Shown: positions 34,919-44,560 of the stretch, piece after piece
Layout: each line of letters begins with the position of its first letter
How positions within the stretch are numbered: the first letter of the stretch is position 1
Source of the DNA: a virus
Taxonomy: Duplodnaviria > Caudoviricetes
Reading direction: 5' to 3' (one strand)
Virus record (IMG/VR): IMGVR_UViG_3300033475_000050
Coordinates: 1-46,021 of that record
Length of the DNA stretch: 46,021 bases
The notes under the pieces: generated by a model
Database searches by the model: none
What the model was told of the DNA's origin: nothing
What the model saw: only the letters and a program-made list of their open reading frames with translations
Program-made: the position numbers and the translations under genes

Positions 34919-35752
34919 ATGTCAGCATCCGATACAATGACCCTTGCCTTGCCGGGCAAGGTCATGCTTCGCCCCACCGAGTGGGGCTTGATGTTCTTTC
35001 ACGCCAACGATCGCTTCATTGGTCAGGCGCTTCTCCGCTACGGGCAGTACAGTCCGGGCGAGACGTTCCTGCTCAAGCAGATCATCGGCCCCGACACGGT
35101 GGTGGTCGAGGTCGGTGCGCACATCGGCACGCATACCGTGGCGATGTCCAAGCTTGGCGCGAAGAAGATCATCGCGCTGGAGCCGCAGCTAAAGCTCTTC
35201 GAGTACCTGTGCGCCAATCTCCTGATCAACGGCTGCGACAATGTGCAGCCGATCAACGCCGCTTTCGGCGCCAAGGCCGAGACCATGGAGTACCCGGTCG
35301 TCGACGAGAGCGTTGTGCATAACAGCGGTGGGGTGTCGTTGCACGTGTGCGCCGCCAGTCACGACGGCCCGGTGGCGACCACCCCGGTCGGCACGCTCGA
35401 CTCGTTGGGTCTTTCCGCGCTCGGGCTGCTCAAGCTCGATTGTGAGGGTATGGAGCACGCCGTACTCATGGGCGGCGCGGAGACGATCAAGCGGTGCCGC
35501 CCGGCGATTTATTGCGAGAACGACCGGCGCGCCTTGTCTCATACGCTGATCTCCCGGCTCGACCTGCTGGGCTACGACTGTTGGTGGCACCTCCCGCCGC
35601 TGGTGGCTCCCAAAGCCTCGGCGCTCGCGGGCGAAGACCTTACCGGTTACATCAGTCAGAACATGTTGTGTCTGCCCAAGGAGCTTGGCGCGTCGGTGCC
35701 CGATATGGTACAGGTGACCGACGCACTCGATTGGCCGGAAGGTGTGCCGTGA
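34919..35752 (+). CDS. FkbM-family methyltransferase
   Basis: DRFIGQAL..YGQYS, VEVGAHIGTHT, ALEPQ, LKLDCEGME, RPAIYCEN. Confidence 0.9.
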   Translation: MSASDTMTLALPGKVMLRPTEWGLMFFHANDRFIGQALLRYGQYSPGETFLLKQIIGPDTVVVEVGAHIGTHTVAMSKLGAKKIIALEPQLKLFEYLCANLLINGCDNVQPINAAFGAKAETMEYPVVDESVVHNSGGVSLHVCAASHDGPVATTPVGTLDSLGLSALGLLKLDCEGMEHAVLMGGAETIKRCRPAIYCENDRRALSHTLISRLDLLGYDCWWHLPPLVAPKASALAGEDLTGYISQNMLCLPKELGASVPDMVQVTDALDWPEGVP

Positions 35753-37122
35753 GTGGTCCGACCTTCTACGGCACCGCTCCGGAAGCGGCGGTCAAGCCGG
35801 TCGTACCGCCCGAGGTCTACGAGGCGCACCGCGCGCGGTGCGAGCAGGCCACGCAGTTGAACGACCTCGGGGTACTACTCCGGAAGGAGCGCAAGCACCT
35901 CGCGTCGCGGGTTGCCTTTCAACGCGCGGTGCGACTCTCGCCTAGTGACGCGGTGATCTGGACCAACCTCGGTTCCGCGCACTGGAGCCTTGCGGAATAC
36001 GACGATGCCTGCCGGGCGTTGGCTAACGCGCTAGCGCTGTCCCCGGACGAGCCCGCCGCCCTTCAGGACATGGGCCTCGCGCTGGGCTCAGCGGGCGAAC
36101 TGGAGGGGGCGGAAGCCTTTCTGCGGCGCCTGATAGCGGCCAAGCCGGGGTCAGCGCTGGCACGCCTCGATTTGAGCTTCCTGCTCCTTGCCCACGGGCG
36201 CTGGAACGAGGGTCTAGGGCTTTACGAGGCCCGGTTGGAGGAGGAGATCGGTAACGGCTTTCGCTTTCCGAAGCTCAACATCCCGTACTGGCGCGGCGAG
36301 TCGCTGGAGGGAAAGACGATCGTCGTTCACGCCGAGCAAGGCGTGGGCGATACGATCTTGTTCTCGCGCTTCCTGTTTTGGCTGGCGTACACGCACAAGC
36401 CGCACAAACTTCTGGTGCACTGCGGCGCGAAGCTGGTTCCGCTGCTGTGGGGCTACCGACGCGTGGTCGACTTTCTCCACGAGGGCACGCCGTGGGATAC
36501 GGTGCAGGCGGACTACTTTTGCTTCATGGGCTCGCTTCCGCTCCATGCGGGAGCAACTCCCTATTCGTTGTACCCGGACCCCGGCTTCATTCAGCAAGCA
36601 GCGGTCGATGCTTTGACGCGCGGTCAGTTCGTGCTGCCGCCCCCGAACCTCGCCGCGACCAAGCTGAAGATCGGGATCTGTTGGACCGGCAACTCCGAGC
36701 AGATCGTCAATCACGAGCGCTCGGTACCGCTTGAGCTTCTTCTGCCGCTGGCGAGCGACCCGGCGGTGACAGTCTATTCTCTACAAGTCGGTCCCGGCCA
36801 GAGCGACCTACGCGCGCTCGGGGGCGACTCGCTTGTCTGCGACCTCGGCCCCGAGTTGGGCGCCGGAGGATACGTGAGTACAGCGGCGGCGATACTTCAG
36901 CTTGACCTCGTGGTCACCTGTTGCACGTCCATCGCCCATCTTGCGGGAGTACTTGGAGTGCCGTGCCTGACCATGCTTTGCAGCCAGCCTTATTGGGTGT
37001 GGCTGCGCGATCGCGATACCACGCCGTGGTATCCGAAAACGAAGCTGATCCGACAGACCTCGCCGGGCGATTGGGGCTCCGTCATTGACGGTGTTCAAGC
37101 GCACATTCGGCGCCTCCTGTAA
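35749..37122 (+). CDS. TPR-repeat protein with GT-B (family 9-like) glycosyltransferase domain
   Basis: TPR repeats, YEAR, WRGE, EQGVGDTILFSR, IGICWTG, TAAAILQLDLVVT...AHLAGVLG, WYP; GTG 35749. Confidence 0.88.
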   Translation: MSGPTFYGTAPEAAVKPVVPPEVYEAHRARCEQATQLNDLGVLLRKERKHLASRVAFQRAVRLSPSDAVIWTNLGSAHWSLAEYDDACRALANALALSPDEPAALQDMGLALGSAGELEGAEAFLRRLIAAKPGSALARLDLSFLLLAHGRWNEGLGLYEARLEEEIGNGFRFPKLNIPYWRGESLEGKTIVVHAEQGVGDTILFSRFLFWLAYTHKPHKLLVHCGAKLVPLLWGYRRVVDFLHEGTPWDTVQADYFCFMGSLPLHAGATPYSLYPDPGFIQQAAVDALTRGQFVLPPPNLAATKLKIGICWTGNSEQIVNHERSVPLELLLPLASDPAVTVYSLQVGPGQSDLRALGGDSLVCDLGPELGAGGYVSTAAAILQLDLVVTCCTSIAHLAGVLGVPCLTMLCSQPYWVWLRDRDTTPWYPKTKLIRQTSPGDWGSVIDGVQAHIRRLL

Positions 37123-37143
37123 TCCGAGAAGGAACAACCGCAA

Positions 37144-37815
37144 ATGGCAAACGCTACCACCCCGACCTTCCCGGGTCGGTCAATCATCTGGTCCCGAATG
37201 AAAGGGCTGGGCACGGAGCCGCTGAATATCGGCTGGGGCATTGGCACCACGACGGGCTCGTCCAACTCCGACGTCAATCTGTTCTCTCCGGCCACCGAGA
37301 CCCGCGTCGCGGGCGGCTCGACCGCCATTACCACCGCCCAGCTTGCCGACACCTATCAGGTGACCGGCACGCTGACGTGCGCGGTCGCCGCGAAGACCAT
37401 CACCGAAGCCGGGCTGTTCAACACGACCACGTTGTCGCCGACAACCTCGCTGGCGGCGACCGTCTCATCGGCGGGTGCTACCTCGATCACGCTCGCGGCC
37501 GCGCGCGGCCCGACCACGCTGAACTTCTACATGCAGATCGAGAACGAGGTCGTGCTTGTTACCGGCGGCCAGAACACCACGCTGGTTACGGTGACGCGCG
37601 GTGCCCTCGGCTCGACGGCGACCACGCACCCACCGGCGGCGATCGTTACCGTCGGCGGCGACGGCGGCGCGAACGCCAACTTCGGTGTCGGCGGCCAGAC
37701 CGCCACAGTGAACGCGGCGCAGGGCGGCGACATGTTCATTCACGCCGACTTCGCCGGAATCGCGCTGAATGTGAACGACTCCATCGCGTTCACGTTCAAG
37801 GACCAGCTTACGTAA
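37144..37815 (+). CDS. Thr-rich putative virion structural protein
   Basis: IGWGIGT...ETRV...ITEAGLFN...F..I.LN..DSI.FT split by an inserted IENEVV...VTRGALGST domain; followed by a hairpin. Confidence 0.65.
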   Translation: MANATTPTFPGRSIIWSRMKGLGTEPLNIGWGIGTTTGSSNSDVNLFSPATETRVAGGSTAITTAQLADTYQVTGTLTCAVAAKTITEAGLFNTTTLSPTTSLAATVSSAGATSITLAAARGPTTLNFYMQIENEVVLVTGGQNTTLVTVTRGALGSTATTHPPAAIVTVGGDGGANANFGVGGQTATVNAAQGGDMFIHADFAGIALNVNDSIAFTFKDQLT

Positions 37816-37821
37816 CAACTA

Positions 37822-37849
37822 AGGGAGTCCGGCGCGTTCCGGACTCCCT
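37822..37849 (+). terminator. Hairpin after structural gene (terminator or stabiliser)
   Basis: AGGGAGTCCGG/CCGGACTCCCT 11-bp stem. Confidence 0.6.
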
Positions 37850-37867
37850 ACTGCTTTGGGGGCGACC

Positions 37868-38269
37868 ATGCGTATTCGGGCTTTTGCGGCTTACTACAAG
37901 GGCGGCCGCTATCAACAGCACGAAGCCGCGTCGGACGCCGAACTCCTCGCGTTGTGGGACAACCTCCCGGCCGATGGCGCGCTCGCCTTCAAGTTGTTCT
38001 TTGACAAGAAGGAAGGCGCGTACACGCTGGCTCAGAACATGGTTGGCAATGACTGGTATTGGCTGCGCGGTACGCCGGAGGGCGTTGAGTTTGGCCACTC
38101 CGACGACAGCAAGTCGGAGATCGAGGAGCGCTACCCCGGCGCGCTCCTGAAGCGCGGTCAGTGGACGTCTCCGGGTGAAATGGCAACCGTGGCCGCGTCC
38201 ATCGCCAACCTGAAGTACTGGATGGATACGGACCCGGATATCGTGCTGGGGGGATGCGGTGCCTGTTAG
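37868..38269 (+). CDS. Hypothetical protein
   Basis: ATG 37868; plausible globular composition. Confidence 0.6.
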   Translation: MRIRAFAAYYKGGRYQQHEAASDAELLALWDNLPADGALAFKLFFDKKEGAYTLAQNMVGNDWYWLRGTPEGVEFGHSDDSKSEIEERYPGALLKRGQWTSPGEMATVAASIANLKYWMDTDPDIVLGGCGAC

Positions 38270-40367
38270 CTACCAGCAGACCGATGCCAGCACCCTGTGC
38301 CCAAGCGCTGGCACTGCGAATAGAACGGCGGTGCTCAACGGTACGCCGGGTTCAACACCCGTAAACGTAACGGTACCGGCAAGCGGAACAGCATCCATTG
38401 TCATGGTGTTTGCCCCGGCCATCGCTAACTGGCCTGCTGGTAACTGGACGACGCGTCTGAATATCACCGGCGCGAACATGAATTTGAGCGTATCACAGTT
38501 CACCATCGGTGGCGTTACGAGCACATGTGGTGTCCCGTCCCCAATTGAGACTATCGTTTCAACTGTGGCTGGCAACTCGCTGGGATCAGTTGGTGTGATT
38601 AGCCGAACTGACTCAGGGGCCGCAGTACCAACCGCGCTCGCGACTGATCTCATTATGATTACGTACACCATTGGCAACAGTTCGATGTCCTCTCAGTTGT
38701 TCACATTCACGCCGAATCAGCTTATCGACTCACCGTTCCCGCTGACGATGTCGCAGGTCCTTGTTACCACTCAGGGGCAGGCCGCGATTGAGGGACGTTT
38801 GGTTCCTTTGGCGCTCACCGTGACCCAGAGTGAGAACGTCCCGATTGTTGCCCGCGTCGGCAAGGCGGTCATCGCCAACCAGAACGAGGCGGCCACCTCG
38901 ACGGCGGTGAAGCCGGGCGGCGGTCCTATTACGCTCAGCACCGCTCAGGCCGAGATCGCCGGGATCGACTACAACATGGCGATCACCCGGGTTGCGAACC
39001 AGAGCGAGTCGACATCGCTGGTTAGGGCGACCAGCAAGCCGCTTTCCGCATCAAGCGCGGAGTCCGCGACTGTTGCCGCCTCGCGCGTGTTCCTGCGGAC
39101 CTTCAGCGCTGTTCAGGCGGAAGGCGCAAACCTGCTTCGCCTCATGGGCAAGGTCATCGCGACCTCGCTGAAACAACAGGCCACCGACGTCGAACGCGTC
39201 GGCAAGGGTTTGGCGGTAACGCAAGGTCAGACTGTTACCGATAAGTCGGCGGTCAACAAACGCTTGTCCGCGTCTTCGGCCGAGACCGCTGCGGTCACCC
39301 GCCTCAAGGCGAAGAACCAAACGGTCACAGCCACGCAAGGCGAGACCGCAACTATCCGTCGCACCGTGGGCAAGCTTGCAGCGGTGGCTCAGGCGTCGAC
39401 GGTCACGCTGGTGAACCGGGCCAGCAAGCTTGTTGTGGCCTCGTTGGTTCAAGCGGCTACCGCCCTGAAGTCAGTGGGCAAGAAGCTGTCGGTCTCCTCG
39501 GTCGAACTTGTTACGGTAGCGGCAGTCAAGTCGTCGGGAACGATCACCAAGGTTCTCACGGCTACGCAAGCCGAGACCGCTTCGGTAACGAAGAAGCTCG
39601 GCAAGCTGATCGCCGCCGCTCAGGCTCAGCTTGCGACCGAGCAGGACCGCACCGGCAAGAACCTTACGGCCTCCCTGCCGGAAAGCGCCTCGCTATTGAA
39701 GGGGCGCGCCGCGCTTCGCACGCTCTCCGCGACTCAGGCTCAGGCGGCGTCCGATCAGGAACAGGTCGGCAAGAACATCACGGCCTCGACCGCGCAAGTG
39801 GCGACCTTGAGTAAAAGGGTCGCCAAGGCGCTGACCGCCGCGATGCCCGAGCTTGTCGCCGTCGCGCGCCGCAGCAGCAAAACGCTATCGGCAACTCAGG
39901 CCGAGACCGCAACGCTGGTGCGGGGCCGGGCGTTCGCTCGGGTGCTCTCGGTGCAGAGCGCCGAGGCGGTAACGCTCAGCAAGCGCACGCAGAAGGCTCT
40001 TCTTGCCGCGCTTGGCGAGGCGGCGAGCCTAAGCAAGACGGTTCGCTCGACGTTGGTGGCCACCCAGCCCCAGCTTGTCACGCTCGACGCGCGGCGGCCG
40101 ATCAATATACTGGTGCTCACGGCCGCCCATGGCCAGAGCGCGTCGGTATTCACAACGCTTATCGTTCCGCACCCGCTTCTGGTCTCGGTATCGGACCGGG
40201 CTCTTTTGTTTGTAGATGCGGCCGACCTCGCCTCGGTTCTGGCGACGGCTGACGACTCGATCATGATCGTGACCAATATACAGTCCGACTTCGCCGGGCT
40301 GGAGGTCGCGGTCACCGACTCGCCGCTGATGGTCGTCTCGGTAGACGACATCAAGAGCGCCCAATAG
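38259..40367 (+). CDS. Thr/Ser/Ala-rich repeat protein, putative fibre/decoration protein
   Basis: N-terminal beta-rich domain, then many ~20-22 aa repeats of type KxLxAxQAExAT. Confidence 0.65.
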   Translation: MPVSYQQTDASTLCPSAGTANRTAVLNGTPGSTPVNVTVPASGTASIVMVFAPAIANWPAGNWTTRLNITGANMNLSVSQFTIGGVTSTCGVPSPIETIVSTVAGNSLGSVGVISRTDSGAAVPTALATDLIMITYTIGNSSMSSQLFTFTPNQLIDSPFPLTMSQVLVTTQGQAAIEGRLVPLALTVTQSENVPIVARVGKAVIANQNEAATSTAVKPGGGPITLSTAQAEIAGIDYNMAITRVANQSESTSLVRATSKPLSASSAESATVAASRVFLRTFSAVQAEGANLLRLMGKVIATSLKQQATDVERVGKGLAVTQGQTVTDKSAVNKRLSASSAETAAVTRLKAKNQTVTATQGETATIRRTVGKLAAVAQASTVTLVNRASKLVVASLVQAATALKSVGKKLSVSSVELVTVAAVKSSGTITKVLTATQAETASVTKKLGKLIAAAQAQLATEQDRTGKNLTASLPESASLLKGRAALRTLSATQAQAASDQEQVGKNITASTAQVATLSKRVAKALTAAMPELVAVARRSSKTLSATQAETATLVRGRAFARVLSVQSAEAVTLSKRTQKALLAALGEAASLSKTVRSTLVATQPQLVTLDARRPINILVLTAAHGQSASVFTTLIVPHPLLVSVSDRALLFVDAADLASVLATADDSIMIVTNIQSDFAGLEVAVTDSPLMVVSVDDIKSAQ

Positions 40368-40377
40368 GAGACGGGGT

Positions 40378-40677
40378 GTGAACACCTACAACATCAACAC
40401 GAGTATCACGCTTAAGGCCGCATTCACCGACGGGATCACCGGCCTGCCGGTCGATCCCTCGGCGGGCGTTACATGTTACGTCCTCGATCCAAATGGGCAG
40501 AAGACCACCTACTCCGTCGCGGGCGGCACGGTTATACGCGACGGGGTTGGCCTCTACCATTTGAACATCAACGTCTCGATCCCGGGGCACTGGTGGTACA
40601 AATTCGAGGGCGATGGTACGTCCGAAGTAACGTCTCCCGACACCGAGTTCACCGTCAACTCCTCGCGCCTCATCTGA
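40378..40677 (+). CDS. Small Ig-like phage structural protein
   Basis: F.D..G.PVDP...DPNG...GVGLYH...PGHWWYKFEG; AGGAG RBS. Confidence 0.6.
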   Translation: MNTYNINTSITLKAAFTDGITGLPVDPSAGVTCYVLDPNGQKTTYSVAGGTVIRDGVGLYHLNINVSIPGHWWYKFEGDGTSEVTSPDTEFTVNSSRLI

Positions 40678-40692
40678 GAAGGACCGGCACCC

Positions 40693-42612
40693 ATGGCACG
40701 CAAGATTGTGGTTCATAACTACATTGTCCCGCGCCGGGCCAAGGCGAAGGACGCCGACAAACAGACCAAGGCGGAGGTTGGCTACAGCCGTGGTAAGGGT
40801 GACAGCAAGTGTGCGAATTGTGTCTTCTTCGCGGCTCCCAACGGGTGCAAGCGCGTCGAGGGCACCATCGACCCGAATGGTTGGTGCCGCTTGTTTGAAC
40901 GTGGCGACGCTGCTCCTACGCACGAGCCGCCGAAGAGCCGGATTGAAGCGTATGGGGTGAAAGGCCCGAAGAGCACGCCGTGGCGAAAAGTGTTCGCTTC
41001 TCAGGAGGAGATGGAACGTTGGCTGGAGAAGAACAAGGGTGACGTGCAGGTCTACGGCACCCGCGCGGCCGACAAGGCGAAGGACGAGCGCGCCGCCGAC
41101 GCTGTGTGGAAGGTGTTGGTTAACCACACGCACCCCGGCATGAAGCCGTCGGTCAACACGGTTATCGTTACTGCCGCAAACACGGAGGAAGCCGGGCGTA
41201 AAGCGATGCAGCAAGTCATGGGCGCGAAAGGAGAAGGCAAAGTCTCGCTCTATGATGTGCCGAAGAAAACCGACGACGCCTACAAGGCCAAGGACATCGG
41301 GTCGGCGCAGCTCACGAGCATCATCGGTGGAACCAGCGCCGAAGAGGCGTACAAAATTCTCACCCATCTTGGTTATAGGATGGTCACACACTACAAGAGC
41401 GACGGCGCGCCTTTCCCGAAATACAAGGCGTACGAGAAGGAAGGGTCGTACTCGTCCGAGTTTGTCGAGCTTAGCTACGCTAACGGCCGGGTGTCCAGCG
41501 TCTCGGTCCAGCAGCGGCGGCACAACGACTCCGCCATGAATACCGGGGACCGCGCTCGCGCGCGCGACGGCTTCGTCATGAAGTGGCGCGAGAAGAAGGG
41601 CGCCCCGGTCCAGACCAAGAAGTTCCGGGGCCGCGTCGACGCGGTCGAGTTCTGGGAACAGAAGGGTCGGAGCGCCGAAGCCGCCGTGCTGGAGGACGGA
41701 AACGGACAGGTCCAGTACACTAAGGGCGACATCAAGACGCTCGACGCCATGCCCACCAAAGAGACGACCGAGTACAAGGGATACAAGCTTGTCAAGCTGG
41801 ACAACGGTTGGTGGCGGGTGGTCGGTCAGAGCAATCAGGAGCCGACGCTGCCGGAACTCAAAGCCTACATCGACAAGATGGTGGCGGCGATGTCCAAGGA
41901 CGGTCCGGACCTCACCAAAATTCCCAGCTACGAGTTGATCGACATGCGCGCAAAAGCTCTCGCGCAGGATCCGAAGCTGGCGGACGCAATCAAGGCAGAG
42001 CTTGATCGCCGACGCTCGACGACGGCGGCGACTTTCAAGCGCCCCGGCGCAAAGGACGCTGGCGAGGTACGCCCGAAGCTTGTACGCATGCCCGCTAAAG
42101 GCTACCCGGATAAGTGGGTTCTCTACAACATGTACGGTATTGCCCTTGCGGAAGCGGACAGCAAGGAAAAGCTGCAGAAGCGGTTGGAGCGCGAGTTAGA
42201 AGCCTACAGCCGCGCCATGAACAGACAGCGCGGCGTGCCGGACTCCGCCAAGGACGACGACAACCCGGGTGTGCTTCGCGGCACCTACAGCGCTTTGTAT
42301 ACCGAACTGGAGCGGCTTAACCTCAAAGCCCCCGGCGCGGCAAAGCGTGCGGAACAGATCAAGCGTCAGATGGCGGGGATTAACAAGAAGCTCGCCGCGC
42401 TGAAGGACTCCGCCAAGGACACCGACTCCAAGGACCTCGCGCGGGCAAAGGCGGTGCTGACCCCGCTCGGGATCGAGATCACGCGCACCGAGTACGACGA
42501 GTACCGCGTGAACTTCAAGGGCGGCAAGGAAGCGACCGCCTACTATACCGACGACATCGATGACGCCATCGGCACGGGTAAAGCCATGGCCGCCGAAAAC
42601 GCCAAGCGCTGA
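40693..42612 (+). CDS. Multi-module protein with N-terminal HiPIP-like domain and xxD linkers
   Basis: KAEVGY...CANCVFF...C..VEGTIDPNGWC; further short modules separated by AKD/ARD/TGD-type motifs. Confidence 0.7.
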   Translation: MARKIVVHNYIVPRRAKAKDADKQTKAEVGYSRGKGDSKCANCVFFAAPNGCKRVEGTIDPNGWCRLFERGDAAPTHEPPKSRIEAYGVKGPKSTPWRKVFASQEEMERWLEKNKGDVQVYGTRAADKAKDERAADAVWKVLVNHTHPGMKPSVNTVIVTAANTEEAGRKAMQQVMGAKGEGKVSLYDVPKKTDDAYKAKDIGSAQLTSIIGGTSAEEAYKILTHLGYRMVTHYKSDGAPFPKYKAYEKEGSYSSEFVELSYANGRVSSVSVQQRRHNDSAMNTGDRARARDGFVMKWREKKGAPVQTKKFRGRVDAVEFWEQKGRSAEAAVLEDGNGQVQYTKGDIKTLDAMPTKETTEYKGYKLVKLDNGWWRVVGQSNQEPTLPELKAYIDKMVAAMSKDGPDLTKIPSYELIDMRAKALAQDPKLADAIKAELDRRRSTTAATFKRPGAKDAGEVRPKLVRMPAKGYPDKWVLYNMYGIALAEADSKEKLQKRLERELEAYSRAMNRQRGVPDSAKDDDNPGVLRGTYSALYTELERLNLKAPGAAKRAEQIKRQMAGINKKLAALKDSAKDTDSKDLARAKAVLTPLGIEITRTEYDEYRVNFKGGKEATAYYTDDIDDAIGTGKAMAAENAKR

Positions 42613-42619
42613 AGGAGCC

Positions 42620-43528
42620 ATGAACTTGTCCAAGAAAGCCACCCCGAGCGCCTTTGATCGTTGGTATCGCGACGCGCGTAAGGCTCGCGACGCGGGCACC
42701 GGTATGTGGGAGGTCGAATACGTTTTGCTCCCGTCGGTGGCCAAGAAACAGAACGTGGCGCCGAAGCAAAGCGAGGCGTTCAGCGACCCAGCAGAAGCGC
42801 GCAAGCTCGTTGTCGATCTTAAACGCAGCGGTGAGGTATCAACCGTGACGCTAAAGAACCCGCAAGGAGTTGCAGTAAAGGATGGCCCGCTGGGCGAGTT
42901 CCTGTCGCGGCACGGCCTCCGGCTCCCGGCGCCGGACAGCGCCGAGGCTGTCAGCGACGCGCCGAAGGTCGCGCACCTCGTCGAAGAAGGCGACGGTAAA
43001 TGGTACATCTGGGATCCAGTCGTGCGCGGCAAGTACGGTCCCTACGACGATCTGGAGACCGCAAAGCGCAAAGCCAAGGAGAGCCGCTACACCGACTTCT
43101 TCGTGGCCAAACGTCGCGGCGATAGCGCGAAAGACGCCGCCGCTGTTGCCCGTGCCTTCGACAAGGCCCACTGGGTCGCGGACAACGACACGAAAACCGC
43201 TTACACGGGCATGCGTGGTAACTGGTTCCTCACCGCCCGGCGCGTGCGCTCCAAGGACGGTACGTACTGGGTGAGCTATGCCCGGCACAAGGACACCAAG
43301 GAGCGGCGAATCGCCGGGAGCTTCAAGGGCCGTACCCCCGCCATGGACGCGGCGGTACGACTCGCGGTCGGAGACAAGACCATGGACAAGGAAGACCCTG
43401 CCGGGGTGAAGAAGCGGATCACCGAGCTTAAGGCCCGGCGCGCCCAGCTTCGCGGCAGCGACCCGGAAGAGATCCGGGCGATCAACGATCAGATCGAGGA
43501 GTTGGAGGACAAGCTGCGCGCGGCGTAA
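42620..43528 (+). CDS. Second multi-module protein with xxD linkers
   Basis: AAGGAG RBS; ARD, VKD, VSD, DSAKD, AMD and TMD separate short modules. Confidence 0.65.
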   Translation: MNLSKKATPSAFDRWYRDARKARDAGTGMWEVEYVLLPSVAKKQNVAPKQSEAFSDPAEARKLVVDLKRSGEVSTVTLKNPQGVAVKDGPLGEFLSRHGLRLPAPDSAEAVSDAPKVAHLVEEGDGKWYIWDPVVRGKYGPYDDLETAKRKAKESRYTDFFVAKRRGDSAKDAAAVARAFDKAHWVADNDTKTAYTGMRGNWFLTARRVRSKDGTYWVSYARHKDTKERRIAGSFKGRTPAMDAAVRLAVGDKTMDKEDPAGVKKRITELKARRAQLRGSDPEEIRAINDQIEELEDKLRAA

Positions 43529-43543
43529 TCAACGGAGTACCGA

Positions 43544-43747
43544 ATGAACGCGACTCTCTACGATTGCGGCGCTTTCTTCGGAATTGAGTTTGCGAACGGC
43601 ACCGAATTCTACATTCGGAAGGACAGCATTGAACCGCCGGTGCCGCTGGGAGAGGACGGTGCGCCGCTCGATCCCAACCTCCATCACCACCTGATGCAAC
43701 GCTCGGCTTATGACTTCCGCCACAAGCGGACGAGGGGCGAATGTTGA
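43544..43747 (+). CDS. Small hypothetical protein
   Basis: GGAG RBS; overlaps the gpF start. Confidence 0.55.
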   Translation: MNATLYDCGAFFGIEFANGTEFYIRKDSIEPPVPLGEDGAPLDPNLHHHLMQRSAYDFRHKRTRGEC

Positions 43748-44532
43748 CCGTCTACGAGCAAATCCACAAGCGCTGGGGCATGAGCGACGCCGCCGCCCGG
43801 GGCGGGCGCTCGCAAGAAGACCTGTTCACCCGGGCGCGGAAGGTCGAGAAGAAGTACGCGATTGCCCTCCGCAAGATTGCCAGTCACGTGGGTCACATCA
43901 TCGAGGCGTTCCCGACCGGCGACCCGGCGGTGCTGCCTCAACTTAACCAAGCGCTCCGGCGCTACTCCGACATCCTCGGGCCGTGGGCCAACAACGTGGC
44001 CCGCATGATGTTGCTTGAGGTAAATCACTGGGACAAACGCGCTTGGCAACAGCACAGCGCGAACATGTCCACGGCCATTCGCGAACAGATCGAGCGGATG
44101 GATGTCGGTCTTGTCTTTCGCCGCCTTCAGGCGGAACAGGTCGACCTCATTAAGTCGATCCCGCTTAGGGCCGCGCAACGCGTGCACGACCTTACCGAGG
44201 AAATTCTGGCCGACAGTAACCGGGCCTCCTCGCTGGTCGATGACATCATGCGCTCGGGCCATGTCGCCCGGTCGCACGCTACGCTTATCGCTCTTACCGA
44301 GGTCAGTCGCGCGACGACCTCGTTCACGCAGGCGCGGGCCACCAACCTCGGGGGCACGCACTACGTTTGGGAGACGGCGAAGGATAGCCGGGTCCGCTCG
44401 GAGCACCGCGCCCTCCAAGGCAAAGTGTTCTCGTGGGACGATCCTCCCATCGCTGGCAGCAAAGGGGAGCGTGCGCACCCCGGCTGCATCTACCGGTGCC
44501 GCTGCTGGCCCCGCGTCATTTTCGACGACTAA
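43741..44532 (+). CDS. Minor head protein, Mu gpF/SPP1 gp7 family
   Basis: LIKSIP, A.LIALTEV, YVWETAKDSRVRSEH, HPGCIYRCRC. Confidence 0.9.
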   Translation: MLTVYEQIHKRWGMSDAAARGGRSQEDLFTRARKVEKKYAIALRKIASHVGHIIEAFPTGDPAVLPQLNQALRRYSDILGPWANNVARMMLLEVNHWDKRAWQQHSANMSTAIREQIERMDVGLVFRRLQAEQVDLIKSIPLRAAQRVHDLTEEILADSNRASSLVDDIMRSGHVARSHATLIALTEVSRATTSFTQARATNLGGTHYVWETAKDSRVRSEHRALQGKVFSWDDPPIAGSKGERAHPGCIYRCRCWPRVIFDD

Positions 44533-44560
44533 TCCACCCCCAAGCTCCAAAGGAGTGAAC

